Part shown: positions 39,192-46,801 of the stretch, one piece after another
How positions within the stretch are numbered: the stretch's first letter is position 1
Layout: every line of letters starts with the position of its first letter
DNA from: Patescibacteria group bacterium
GTDB lineage: Bacteria; Patescibacteriota; UBA1384; CAJBMM01
NCBI GenBank assembly: GCA_041660565.1
Contig: JBAZWC010000002.1
Coordinates: 149,520-213,519 of the forward strand
DNA length: 64,000 bases
Direction: 5' to 3'
Position numbers and translations under genes: made by a program
The notes under the pieces: model-generated
Databases searched by the model: none
What the model saw: the letters and a program-made list of their open reading frames with translations, nothing else
Told to the model about the DNA's origin: nothing

Positions 39192-39825
39192 AAAGCCATA
39201 TTAGCACATTTAGGAAACGCCGGCCTCATCTTCCGAGTTAATCTGATGAAAATACTTCATTACGGATTCTCCAATAATGTCTAGGTCCGTCAATAATTCT
39301 TCGCGATCATCTTTTGGATCAATAATTCCTTTTGCCTGCGATGGAGATAAAATATAGTAAATCGGCATATCCATAGATGTATTGGCGCTATAAACTTCAA
39401 TAAGCCACGGGAATTTCTTGTGTACAGTTCGCCTATAAACTACTTCGATGATATCCTTTAATAATTGTTTATCGTCGCAAGCAAACCAAATTACTGGTAA
39501 TTCCTCGCCGTGACCCTCACAAGATTCTACGGTTATAAGACCGTTGTTTGTCAACACCTGACAAATTCTTTTCATTGGTTCGTCTGTGATTGGTAAGTTC
39601 AGTTCAATATCTCTGTACCGCTGAACTGATTTCTCGGTTTCCGCTCTGTATTGCGCAATTCCCTCCGGGGACCATCTTTCATCACATATTCGACTAACAA
39701 TTAAGTCAGCACTAATTCTTGGCTTTACGCCTGATTGACCAACCTCGGATTCGCCTGAGATATATTCATTCATTTGTGACTCCAAATGATTTAATTTTCA
39801 TAAAGCCATATTAGCACATTTAGGA
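39183..39825. repeat. 33-bp perfect direct repeat (39183-39215 / 39793-39825) bounding one gene
   Basis: aattttcataaagccatattagcacatttagga occurs twice, 610 bp apart. Confidence 0.9.
39210..39773 (-). CDS. Hypothetical protein with T-x-x-SCEGH motif
   Basis: GLITVESCEGH; ATG after GGAG; stop codon lies inside the direct repeat. Confidence 0.6.
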   Translation of the reverse strand: MNEYISGESEVGQSGVKPRISADLIVSRICDERWSPEGIAQYRAETEKSVQRYRDIELNLPITDEPMKRICQVLTNNGLITVESCEGHGEELPVIWFACDDKQLLKDIIEVVYRRTVHKKFPWLIEVYSANTSMDMPIYYILSPSQAKGIIDPKDDREELLTDLDIIGESVMKYFHQINSEDEAGVS

Positions 39826-39903
39826 TTGTTAGGGGATTTGGGGGGATTGGGGGCTTTTGGGAAGTGACAATTCCATCCTCCATCTTCTATTTTCCATCCT
39901 CTG
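39821..39903. repeat. G-rich nonamer + TCCATCC heptamer repeats 3' of tRNA-Ser(CGA)
   Basis: ttaggggat ttggggggat tgggggct tttgggaag; ttccatcctccatcttctattttccatcc. Confidence 0.7.
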
Positions 39904-39906
39904 ATA

Positions 39907-39996
39907 TGGCGGAGACGAGAGGATTTGAACCTCTGAAGGGCTTGCACCCTTACCGCGTTTCGAATGCGGCGCAATCAACCACTATGCGACGTCTCC
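39907..39996 (-). tRNA. tRNA-Ser(CGA)
   Basis: GGAGACG/CGTCTCC, CCGCA-TTCGAAA-CGCGG (one A.C mismatch), long variable arm, GCCA. Confidence 0.9.
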
Positions 39997-40251
39997 ATTT
40001 AACTTCGTTATTATATCACGATATTGCTGTTTTAGTAACCGCTTCCCCTCAGTCGTTTTTAGAAATCTTTCGCGCCTCTGTGCATCGGTTTTAAGCGCGT
40101 AGCACTCGTACCCGATTAAGGTTAATGGTCGCTTGAATTTTGTCGACGTTACGCCACCTTGATTATGTTGACCAACGCGTCTTTTTAAATCGCTGGCACT
40201 ACCAGTATAAATATGACTGTCGTTTTGCATTAAAAAATAAACATAGTACAT
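39982..40251 (-). CDS. Small GIY-YIG nuclease (UPF0213/YhbQ-like) overlapping the tRNA 5' end
   Basis: YYVYFL..IYTG...DLKRR..QHN.G, STK..RP, YE, A..RERFLK; stop TAG lies within the tRNA. Confidence 0.9.
   Translation of the reverse strand: MYYVYFLMQNDSHIYTGSASDLKRRVGQHNQGGVTSTKFKRPLTLIGYECYALKTDAQRRERFLKTTEGKRLLKQQYRDIITKLNGDVA
40010..40038 (-). promoter_or_regulatory. Sigma70 promoter for tRNA-Ser(CGA), inside the GIY-YIG CDS
   Basis: TTACTA-17 bp-(TG.)TATAAT, 13 bp before the tRNA. Confidence 0.7.
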
Positions 40252-40263
40252 GGCTTCATAATT

Positions 40264-40350
40264 TTACCGCATTTCGCCCTATCATTCGATAGCGCGCCCT
40301 GTCGCATGACAGGGCGAAACCGGAGCACTAGGCCACTATGCGACCTCTCC
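40264..40350 (-). pseudogene. tRNA-Ser 5' half interrupted at the anticodon by tandem palindromes
   Basis: GGAGAGGTCGCATAGTGGCCTAGTGCTCCGGTTTCG + 38-bp palindromic insert + CGAAATGCGGTAA. Confidence 0.75.
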
Positions 40351-40432
40351 AGATAACAGTTAACATTTAACTTGAAACAATTAACAGGATCGACAAGGGA
40401 AAATAAGGGATTGCGATGGATTCCACAAAGGG

Positions 40433-40490
40433 ATGCGACGTCTCCATTTGACTTCGTTATTATATCACGATATTGCTGTTTTAGTAACCG
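40433..40490. repeat. 58-bp direct repeat of 39984-40041 (promoter + first 13 nt of the tRNA)
   Basis: 57/58 identical, 449 bp apart. Confidence 0.9.
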
Positions 40491-40566
40491 TTTCTTCCTG
40501 GCTTGATTTGTTTCGACTTTGCGCATAAAATCAATTCGGAGCAACACTGTCTCAGAGGAGATAACG

Positions 40567-40914
40567 ATGCAGATGATTGGAGACGTGAATCTGCTATCGC
40601 AATACTCGGGTTACGGCAACCTGCTAGCCCATCTAAGGAACCTCCCAGAAATGCTGGAGTTATACAGCGGTTACTGTTTCGAGAAGGGAAGCCGTGGCAG
40701 GGGAAATGGGCAAGCATCATCACCGCTTGCTGGGAGTAACATTTGGCTTGCGGACGAAGACGAGTGCGTCATCATTTGCCAAGCCGAGAGAGGCCGCGGC
40801 GCGCTGGTAATCCGTGTCTACACGCTTAACCATGGTTCGAAGTGTCTTAGTCAGCGCATTTGGCAGATCATTCATCAGCACAACCTGCCTTACGCCATCA
40901 CTGGCTCGCCGTAA
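40567..40914 (+). CDS. GC-rich hypothetical protein
   Basis: SD GAGGAG; followed by a hairpin-U terminator (ctggctcgc..gcgggccag ctattttttt). Confidence 0.55.
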   Translation: MQMIGDVNLLSQYSGYGNLLAHLRNLPEMLELYSGYCFEKGSRGRGNGQASSPLAGSNIWLADEDECVIICQAERGRGALVIRVYTLNHGSKCLSQRIWQIIHQHNLPYAITGSP

Positions 40915-40988
40915 AAGCGGGCCAGCTATTTTTTTATTCAATTAACAGGGTGCTTTTAGATATTTAGGAATTAGACATTTTTCTATAT

Positions 40989-41016
40989 AGATTCAAAGGT
41001 CTTGCCCGGAATGACA
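40989..41016 (-). repeat. TGTCATT-tagged palindromic element (degenerate)
   Basis: TGTCATTCCGGGCAAGACCTTTGAATCT. Confidence 0.5.
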
Positions 41017-41021
41017 GGTGA

Positions 41022-41861
41022 TTATTTTTTCTTCACCGTAACCGTAACGCCGCCTTTTTTCTTCTCCACCTTCACCGGGGCAGATGAAGTGGGCGCACTC
41101 GAGGTTGTTTTTTCGGCTTTATCAATTGTCTTTTCAGTTCGGGTGGCTTCTTTTTGCAGCTCTTGAAGCGTCAAACCCTGTTTTTTAAGCACATATTGCT
41201 GTTGAGCCACGCCAAACAAGTTGGTCACCGCCCAGTAAAGCGGCAGGGCGGCCGGCAAACTACGGGCAATTATTAAGGTGATTAACGGCGCCAAATAAAT
41301 CATTTGTTTCGAAAACGCCGCTGTTGGATCGTCTGGATTGTTGTTCGGGATAAAGGTTACTTTGGTTTGCCAGTACTGAGTTAGCCCGGCAATGATAGGT
41401 AAAATGTACAGATCTGGTTTAGCTAGATTGATGCCAAAAAAGTTAGTATTTACGTCTGACGGGCGCAAGGTGAACGAATAGAGCTGATCAAAATGCGCGG
41501 TAGTTAAACCGTTACGGAAGACTTGGTACAACACCACCAAAATTACCAGCTGTACGATCATCGGCAAACAACTTGAGAACGGGCTAACGCCCTCTTCTTT
41601 ATACAGCGCCATTAACGCCTGAGACTGCAGAGCTTTGTCTTCTTTGTGCTTAGCGCGTAGCTCGTCTATCTTTGGTTGCAGCAATCTCATTCTCACCTGA
41701 ACCCGAGCGGTGTGAACTGTAACCGGCAAAAGTACGATGCGGATTATTAAGGTAAGAATGATGATAGCCCATCCCAGCTCGTGTCCCGGCATAATTGCCA
41801 TCAAAAATACCAAAAAATTGAACATTGGTGTGTATAAAATGGTGGTGAATAATTTGATCAT
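41022..41861 (-). CDS. yidC: Membrane protein insertase YidC/Oxa1
   Basis: GWAIIILTLIIR, LQPKI, LYKEEGVSPFSSCLP, PAALPLYW. Confidence 0.95.
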   Translation of the reverse strand: MIKLFTTILYTPMFNFLVFLMAIMPGHELGWAIIILTLIIRIVLLPVTVHTARVQVRMRLLQPKIDELRAKHKEDKALQSQALMALYKEEGVSPFSSCLPMIVQLVILVVLYQVFRNGLTTAHFDQLYSFTLRPSDVNTNFFGINLAKPDLYILPIIAGLTQYWQTKVTFIPNNNPDDPTAAFSKQMIYLAPLITLIIARSLPAALPLYWAVTNLFGVAQQQYVLKKQGLTLQELQKEATRTEKTIDKAEKTTSSAPTSSAPVKVEKKKGGVTVTVKKK

Positions 41862-41876
41862 TGTTGTCCTTAAATT

Positions 41877-42134
41877 TTATGGAACTGGATCGTGGCCAAC
41901 CTCGTGCCAAGGGTTACATCTTAAAATTCGGGCCGTTCCCAATCGTACGCCCTTAACAATACCATATTTTGCCACTGCCTGATAGGTGTATTGGCTGCAC
42001 GTTGGGGTAAACCGACAAACGCCACTGGGATAAAATACCCTTACCCAGCTGTGGTCAGGCGACAAAGTGTACTGATAGATAACGATCAGCATCAATACAA
42101 TTTTCCGTGGCAAAAGATATATTTTTTTTAACAT
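41877..42134 (-). CDS. yidD: Membrane protein insertion efficiency factor
   Basis: YQ..LSPDH, CRFTPTCSQY, RILRCNPW..G.DPVP. Confidence 0.95.
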   Translation of the reverse strand: MLKKIYLLPRKIVLMLIVIYQYTLSPDHSWVRVFYPSGVCRFTPTCSQYTYQAVAKYGIVKGVRLGTARILRCNPWHEVGHDPVP

Positions 42135-42142
42135 ATAGTTAT

Positions 42143-42259
42143 AAATTCGAAACTCGAAGCACGAAATAAATTCGAAAGTTCAAAATCAGAAATTCAAATT
42201 TTTGGATTTTTTTATTTTTTGTACTTGTTTCGGATTTCGGATTTAGTGCTTCGTGCTTA
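42143..42259. repeat. Heptamer inverted tandem repeat between rnpA and yidD
   Basis: aattcgaaactcgaagcacgaa...ttcggatttcggatttagtgcttcgtgctt. Confidence 0.75.
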
Positions 42260-42589
42260 AACTTTTTGGATTTGCCCAAAAAGTTCCATGCACTCTTGCT
42301 TAATATCCACACCGGCGCCGTAGTTGCTAACATAAACACACAAATCGAATGCTAGAGCTGGATTATCTTTGATAAATTGATCAAATTGAGCACGAATTTG
42401 GCGCTTGACTCTGTTACGATCCGTGGCGTGCTTGATGGTTTTAGTGCCCACGATAACCGTGAATCTAATGTGCCCGGAGCGATTTGGTAAAATTTGGATA
42501 CGTAAATTGCGCCCGGACAGCTTTTTGCCTTTTTGCTGTACCCGACGCACATCGCGGTTACTTTGCAATCGATATTTTCGACTGACCAT
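42257..42589 (-). CDS. rnpA: Ribonuclease P protein component
   Basis: YRL, V..KGK, RFTVIV..K, ATDRNRVKRQIR. Confidence 0.9.
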   Translation of the reverse strand: MVSRKYRLQSNRDVRRVQQKGKKLSGRNLRIQILPNRSGHIRFTVIVGTKTIKHATDRNRVKRQIRAQFDQFIKDNPALAFDLCVYVSNYGAGVDIKQECMELFGQIQKV

Positions 42590-42598
42590 TATTAGATC

Positions 42599-42733
42599 CT
42601 ACACAGTTAACTTAGCGCGACCTTTGTTTCGACGTCTTTGTAGTACGTTTTGACCGTCTTTATTGGACATACGCGCCAAAAAGCCGTGATCCTTTTTAGA
42701 TTTGACGTTCTTGTGTTTATAATTTAGAAACAT
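42599..42733 (-). CDS. rpmH: 50S ribosomal protein L34
   Basis: Manual translation [44 protein letters not shown]; synteny with rnpA. Confidence 0.95.
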   Translation of the reverse strand: MFLNYKHKNVKSKKDHGFLARMSNKDGQNVLQRRRNKGRAKLTV

Positions 42734-42847
42734 TACATTGCTCCGCTGTTGTTTGTCTTAAAATATCACGTTTCGGCTAAAAAAGCAAACGGCGACCCCC
42801 TACAAGTAGAAGGCCGCCGAATTGTGTCTTCATGCCGATTCCTTAGC

Positions 42848-43255
42848 CTAACTCTCTGCCACCGTCACCAAGATGGCATTGCAGCCCTGGTACTTCACAA
42901 ACAGAACGTCGTTGAACGCAATGTCGACGGCATGGAGGCCGCCCCCGATCGGGGAACAGTCAGCAAAGTGAAGCCATTTCGGTCCCCGATAGAATCGCAC
43001 CCTCCATCGTTCTCCGTCGAGACGAACTATGCGCATTTTGTTGTGTTCGTTGATGGCCTGGTAGGCATCCTCCGGAAATACGGCCTTGATTGCCGGCCAC
43101 CAGCCATCAACATGGTCGTCGTTGACCTGCCTCAGACGAACCAGGACCGCGCCTGCTGGAATAAGCGCGTCGCGAACCGCTGCCCTGATCTTCATGTGCA
43201 CGTACGCTAGAAATACAACAGCCAGCGCCGCCGCAATCCAGAAACTCGCGTGCAT
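42848..43255 (-). CDS. GC-rich single-TM hypothetical protein
   Basis: SD GGAGG; N-terminal TM; distant paralog of the upstream gene. Confidence 0.6.
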   Translation of the reverse strand: MHASFWIAAALAVVFLAYVHMKIRAAVRDALIPAGAVLVRLRQVNDDHVDGWWPAIKAVFPEDAYQAINEHNKMRIVRLDGERWRVRFYRGPKWLHFADCSPIGGGLHAVDIAFNDVLFVKYQGCNAILVTVAES

Positions 43256-43267
43256 CTCACCGCCCTC

Positions 43268-43744
43268 CTAGAGCTTCGGTAGATAGCTGGAAACCACGAT
43301 GCGGTCGCAACCGCACTCCGCTGCTAGCCGTAGACAGTTAGCGGTAATACGAGCCCCGCCAAGAGTCATTGGCGCATACTCAGCGTTGCTTTCGTCTAGG
43401 TACACTATGGTCGCGTCGCCCCGCTTGAACTCCACAACGACCTTAAGATATGATCGCTTGGCAAAGACATGCAACGCGTACTCCCCAGACACACAACTAG
43501 TCTCAAAGGAGGACTGAAGGGTGAATTGCTCGGGCGGGAAGAGACTCCTAATCCGTCCCCAGCACTCCTCACAGACACGCCCCTGAGTCAGACAATCACA
43601 GTCAAGGTCGATCGGCTCGTCCATCAGCCGCTTCTTGCGACCCCGACCTAGTGTCAAAGCAGCGCCGAATGCGATGACACAGATCGCCGCGAAGGCCACA
43701 CTCAAAACCCCGATCCCGATCACCAAAGGCACATCCACGGTCAC
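43268..43744 (-). CDS. GC-rich single-TM hypothetical protein
   Basis: GTG start after AGAAAGG; TM then CDC..C..C; W..I..FP and GC..I.V motifs shared with 42848..43255. Confidence 0.55.
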   Translation of the reverse strand: MTVDVPLVIGIGVLSVAFAAICVIAFGAALTLGRGRKKRLMDEPIDLDCDCLTQGRVCEECWGRIRSLFPPEQFTLQSSFETSCVSGEYALHVFAKRSYLKVVVEFKRGDATIVYLDESNAEYAPMTLGGARITANCLRLAAECGCDRIVVSSYLPKL

Positions 43745-43957
43745 TTTCGTAACCTTTCTGCCCCCAAATGGGCGGTATATGTTGTCAGGTACTGCGCTAT
43801 CAGATTGATAAAATATCACATTTCGGCTAAAAAAGCAAACGGCGGCCTTACTGTAATGGAAGACTGTCCATCCCCCATCCCCTATAGATACTATGCATCT
43901 AAGAGCCAAAAACTCACAGATTGAGGCTCTATTTACCATCTTCCAAATATGCTATGC

Positions 43958-43966
43958 TGTGGATAA
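43958..43966 (-). promoter_or_regulatory. DnaA box upstream of dnaA
   Basis: TGTGGATAA = perfect TTATCCACA. Confidence 0.8.
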
Positions 43967-43979
43967 CTTTTAAGGCGAG

Positions 43980-45359
43980 GTGATTATGATCGACAACGAA
44001 AAATTATGGCAAACCGCTCTGGGAGAGTTTGAGGTTAGCTTAAGTAAAGGCAACTACACCACCTGGTTTAGGGGCTCGTTTATTTATAAAATTGATGATC
44101 ACTTGGCCACGATAGGCGTATTCAATAACTTCTCTCTTGAATGGCTGCGGAAGAAATTTCATCAGCAGATTATTGATACTCTTAACAAGCTAACCAAAGG
44201 ACAGGTTACCGAAGTTGAATACATGGTGGCTAGTAAAGACGAGCAGCCAAAGCACATCAATAGTTCTCCACTTATCAACAACCCTGTGGATAAAAAAGCG
44301 ACCCCTGTTAACCCAACATTAACACCGTTGAGCAAACCGCAATTGAACGCGAAATACACCTTTGACCACTACATTGTCGGCAACAGCAACCGCATGGCAC
44401 ACGCCGCCGCCGAAGCAGTAGCAGACAATCCCGGCCACGCTTACAACCCGTTATTTATTTGGGGTGGCGTTGGTTTGGGAAAAACTCACTTAATCCAAGC
44501 TATCGCGCATCGTGTGTTGCAAAAAGACAGCAATAAGAAGGTGGTCTATACCACTTCGGAACAGTTTACTAACAGCTTTGTAGATTCATTAAGAAAAGGT
44601 AAAGCGAACGAATTTAAGCACCTTTATCGGGGCGTCGACGTTCTTATCATCGACGATATTCAATTTATTGCCGGCAAAGAAGCGGTGCAAGAGGAATTTT
44701 TTCACACCTTTAACGCCCTGCACCAACAAAACAGTCAGATCATTATCACTTCTGATCGAATCCCCAAAGCCATTCCCACATTAGAAGATCGCTTGTCATC
44801 TCGCTTCGAAATGGGATTGATTGTGGATATCAATTTACCCGATGTCGAAACCAGAACCGCTATTATTAAATCTGCATGCGAAGAAAAGGGATTTGAGATT
44901 ACCGATGAAATCGTGAATTATTTGGCGGTTAGAATATCGCGGAATATTCGCGAAATCGAGGGAGCAGTAAACCGATTGGTAGCTTATTGTGGATTAAGCA
45001 ACATTGAGCCAACCGAAGCTTTAATCGAATCCACCTTACAGCAATATCTAAACAACGAAGAAACCAAACAAGTAACCGCCAACAAAATCATCAAAATGGT
45101 TGCATCGTTTTATAACATCACCGTTGATCAGATTTTGGGCCAACGTCGCACCAAAGACTTGGTGCACCCTCGCCAGGTAGCAATGCACTTACTTAGATCA
45201 GAACTAAACATCTCATTACCAAACGTAGGCAAAGAGATGGGTGGTAAAGATCATACTACGGTAATGTATGCCTGTAATAAGATTGAAAAAGAATTGCTTA
45301 AAAACAATACACTTCAACAAGAAATAGCTACTTTGAAAGAAAGATTGTATTCGGTATAG
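43980..45359 (+). CDS. dnaA: Chromosomal replication initiator DnaA
   Basis: YNPLFIWGGVGLGKTHL, IIDDIQF, QEEFFHTFN, GGKDHTTV. Confidence 0.98.
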   Translation: MIMIDNEKLWQTALGEFEVSLSKGNYTTWFRGSFIYKIDDHLATIGVFNNFSLEWLRKKFHQQIIDTLNKLTKGQVTEVEYMVASKDEQPKHINSSPLINNPVDKKATPVNPTLTPLSKPQLNAKYTFDHYIVGNSNRMAHAAAEAVADNPGHAYNPLFIWGGVGLGKTHLIQAIAHRVLQKDSNKKVVYTTSEQFTNSFVDSLRKGKANEFKHLYRGVDVLIIDDIQFIAGKEAVQEEFFHTFNALHQQNSQIIITSDRIPKAIPTLEDRLSSRFEMGLIVDINLPDVETRTAIIKSACEEKGFEITDEIVNYLAVRISRNIREIEGAVNRLVAYCGLSNIEPTEALIESTLQQYLNNEETKQVTANKIIKMVASFYNITVDQILGQRRTKDLVHPRQVAMHLLRSELNISLPNVGKEMGGKDHTTVMYACNKIEKELLKNNTLQQEIATLKERLYSV

Positions 45360-45590
45360 ACATTAATATTATTTAATTAATATACCTAGTAGTAATAATA
45401 AGGGATGTTAATAGCGGGGATAAGTGGTATTTTAATCTTGATAATACCGGTAAAACGTCTAAAAACTCTGGGGAAAATAAAGGATAAGTTGGGTAGTTTT
45501 GCACAGGTTAGCGGTATTAACAAGATCAGGAAAATCTCTGTGGAAAACAATAAGAGTAATTAAATAATTATCAACAGGCAAAAAGGAGAT
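45360..45590. other. oriC (DUE, DnaA-trios, DnaA-box cluster)
   Basis: AT-rich tract; TAG TAG TAA TAA TAA (45387-45401) next to tandem boxes at 45406-45423; TTTTGCACA, TGTGGAAAA, TTATCAACA; lies between dnaA and dnaN. Confidence 0.85.
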
Positions 45591-45593
45591 AAA

Positions 45594-46700
45594 ATGAAGG
45601 TCGTAGTTACACAAGAAAACCTACATAAAGCGATGAACGCCATTAGTCGGGTGGTTAGTAACCGCGTTAGCCTGCCAATTTTAGGAAACGTTTTGTTACA
45701 AACCGATAACGGTCGGCTTAAATTATCGGCTACCGATCTTGAAATCGGCTTGACCACTCAAATTGGGGCCAAGGTTGAATCCGACGGGGCCATCACTGTG
45801 CCGTGTCGCGCCTTTAATGAATTTGTTGGCTCGGTGTTTGATTCCACCATCACCTTGGAAACATCAGAGTTGATTCTAAAGCTGTCCAGCGAACGTAATA
45901 AAGCTAATCTACGCGGTGTGGATGCGGAAGAATATCCGGTTATCCCAAGTGTGGATAAAAAGTCCGACTTATCGGTTACCGCCGCCGAATTCCTATCTGC
46001 CCTCAAACAAGTAACCATTGCCGCTGCCACCGACGATACACGTCCGGTATTGGCGGGGATATTGCTGAATTGGAGTGAGGATCAGCTTATTCTGGCCGCA
46101 ACCGACAGTTATCGCCTGGCCGAAAAGAGATTAAAGTTGGCCGAAAAGGTAGCCGAGGAGAAAGCGGTCATTGTGCCGATTCGCTGCGTTAACGAGCTAA
46201 TTCGAGTGCTATCCGGTTACACGCAAGAGAAGGTTAGCATTACCATTAAAGATAATCAGATTCTGTTTGCGTTTGGCGATGTTGAAATTGTGTCGCGTTT
46301 AATTGACGGCAAATATCCCGACTACGTCAAAATCATTCCTGACAAAAAAACCACCACTATTACCGTGAGCGCCGAGTTGTTTCGCCAAACATTACGTTCG
46401 GCCAGTATTTTCGCCAAAGAATCGGCCAATACCGCTAAATTAGTATTTAACACAGCAGGCACGTTGGCAATTAAATCGACCGCTTCGAATTTAGGTGATA
46501 CCGAAACCACCGCGGCGGTAGAGGTGGATGGGGAAGACGTAGAAGCGAATTTTAATATCAAATATCTGCTAGACGCGGTCAGCGTGATTACCGATGAAAA
46601 GGTAGAGTTTGGGCTGTCCGGCAAGTTCTCTGCCGCCCTGCTGGTTGGCGTCGGTTCACCAGACTTTAGATATGTAATAATGCCGCTTAAAACAGAGTAG
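45594..46700 (+). CDS. dnaN: DNA polymerase III beta clamp
   Basis: LPILGN, SATDLE, RPVLAG, ATDSYRL, SRLIDGKYPDY, YVIMP. Confidence 0.98.
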   Translation: MKVVVTQENLHKAMNAISRVVSNRVSLPILGNVLLQTDNGRLKLSATDLEIGLTTQIGAKVESDGAITVPCRAFNEFVGSVFDSTITLETSELILKLSSERNKANLRGVDAEEYPVIPSVDKKSDLSVTAAEFLSALKQVTIAAATDDTRPVLAGILLNWSEDQLILAATDSYRLAEKRLKLAEKVAEEKAVIVPIRCVNELIRVLSGYTQEKVSITIKDNQILFAFGDVEIVSRLIDGKYPDYVKIIPDKKTTTITVSAELFRQTLRSASIFAKESANTAKLVFNTAGTLAIKSTASNLGDTETTAAVEVDGEDVEANFNIKYLLDAVSVITDEKVEFGLSGKFSAALLVGVGSPDFRYVIMPLKTE

Positions 46701-46788
46701 GGGCAGTTAGGGGGGGGCTTAGGGAGATTTGGGGCATTGGGGGAACCGTTGGCTCTCCCAATCACCCCAATGTCCCCAATCCCCCTAA
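46698..46788. repeat. G-rich/C-rich nonamer inverted tandem repeat
   Basis: G-run units followed by cccaatcac cccaatgtc cccaatccc. Confidence 0.8.
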
Positions 46789-46801
46789 TAGGCCTTTAAC
46801 T

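Larger units (their letters stand above)
42759..43847. repeat. 39-bp direct repeat (42759-42797 / 43809-43847) equal to the duplicated rpmH promoter
   Basis: taaaatatcacRtttcggctaaaaaagcaaacggcgRcc; minus strand TTGCTT-17-TATTTT; 1050 bp apart. Confidence 0.88.

Noticed and set aside
38018-39785. Three consecutive ORFs all listed as exactly 191 aa
   Set aside because: The proteins are unrelated and the third probably starts at ATG 39773; most likely coincidence
35266-39785. Integron cassette array
   Set aside because: No attC-like RYYYAAC...GTTRRRY sites between genes and no integrase; several genes overlap directly
39907-40350. Group I intron with a homing endonuclease in the tRNA-Ser anticodon
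   Set aside because: The downstream tRNA is complete by itself, the upstream half cannot pair with its 3' half (GGAGAGG vs CGTCTCC), and there is no room for an intron core
40230-40547. 105-aa ORF repeating KRLLKQQYRDIITK.NGDVA
   Set aside because: Translation through the 58-bp duplication and the tRNA half; not a credible gene
43745-43939. Long N-terminus of ORF 43268..43939
   Set aside because: Runs through the duplicated promoter and leader; the GTG at 43744 has an SD-like motif and precedes the TM
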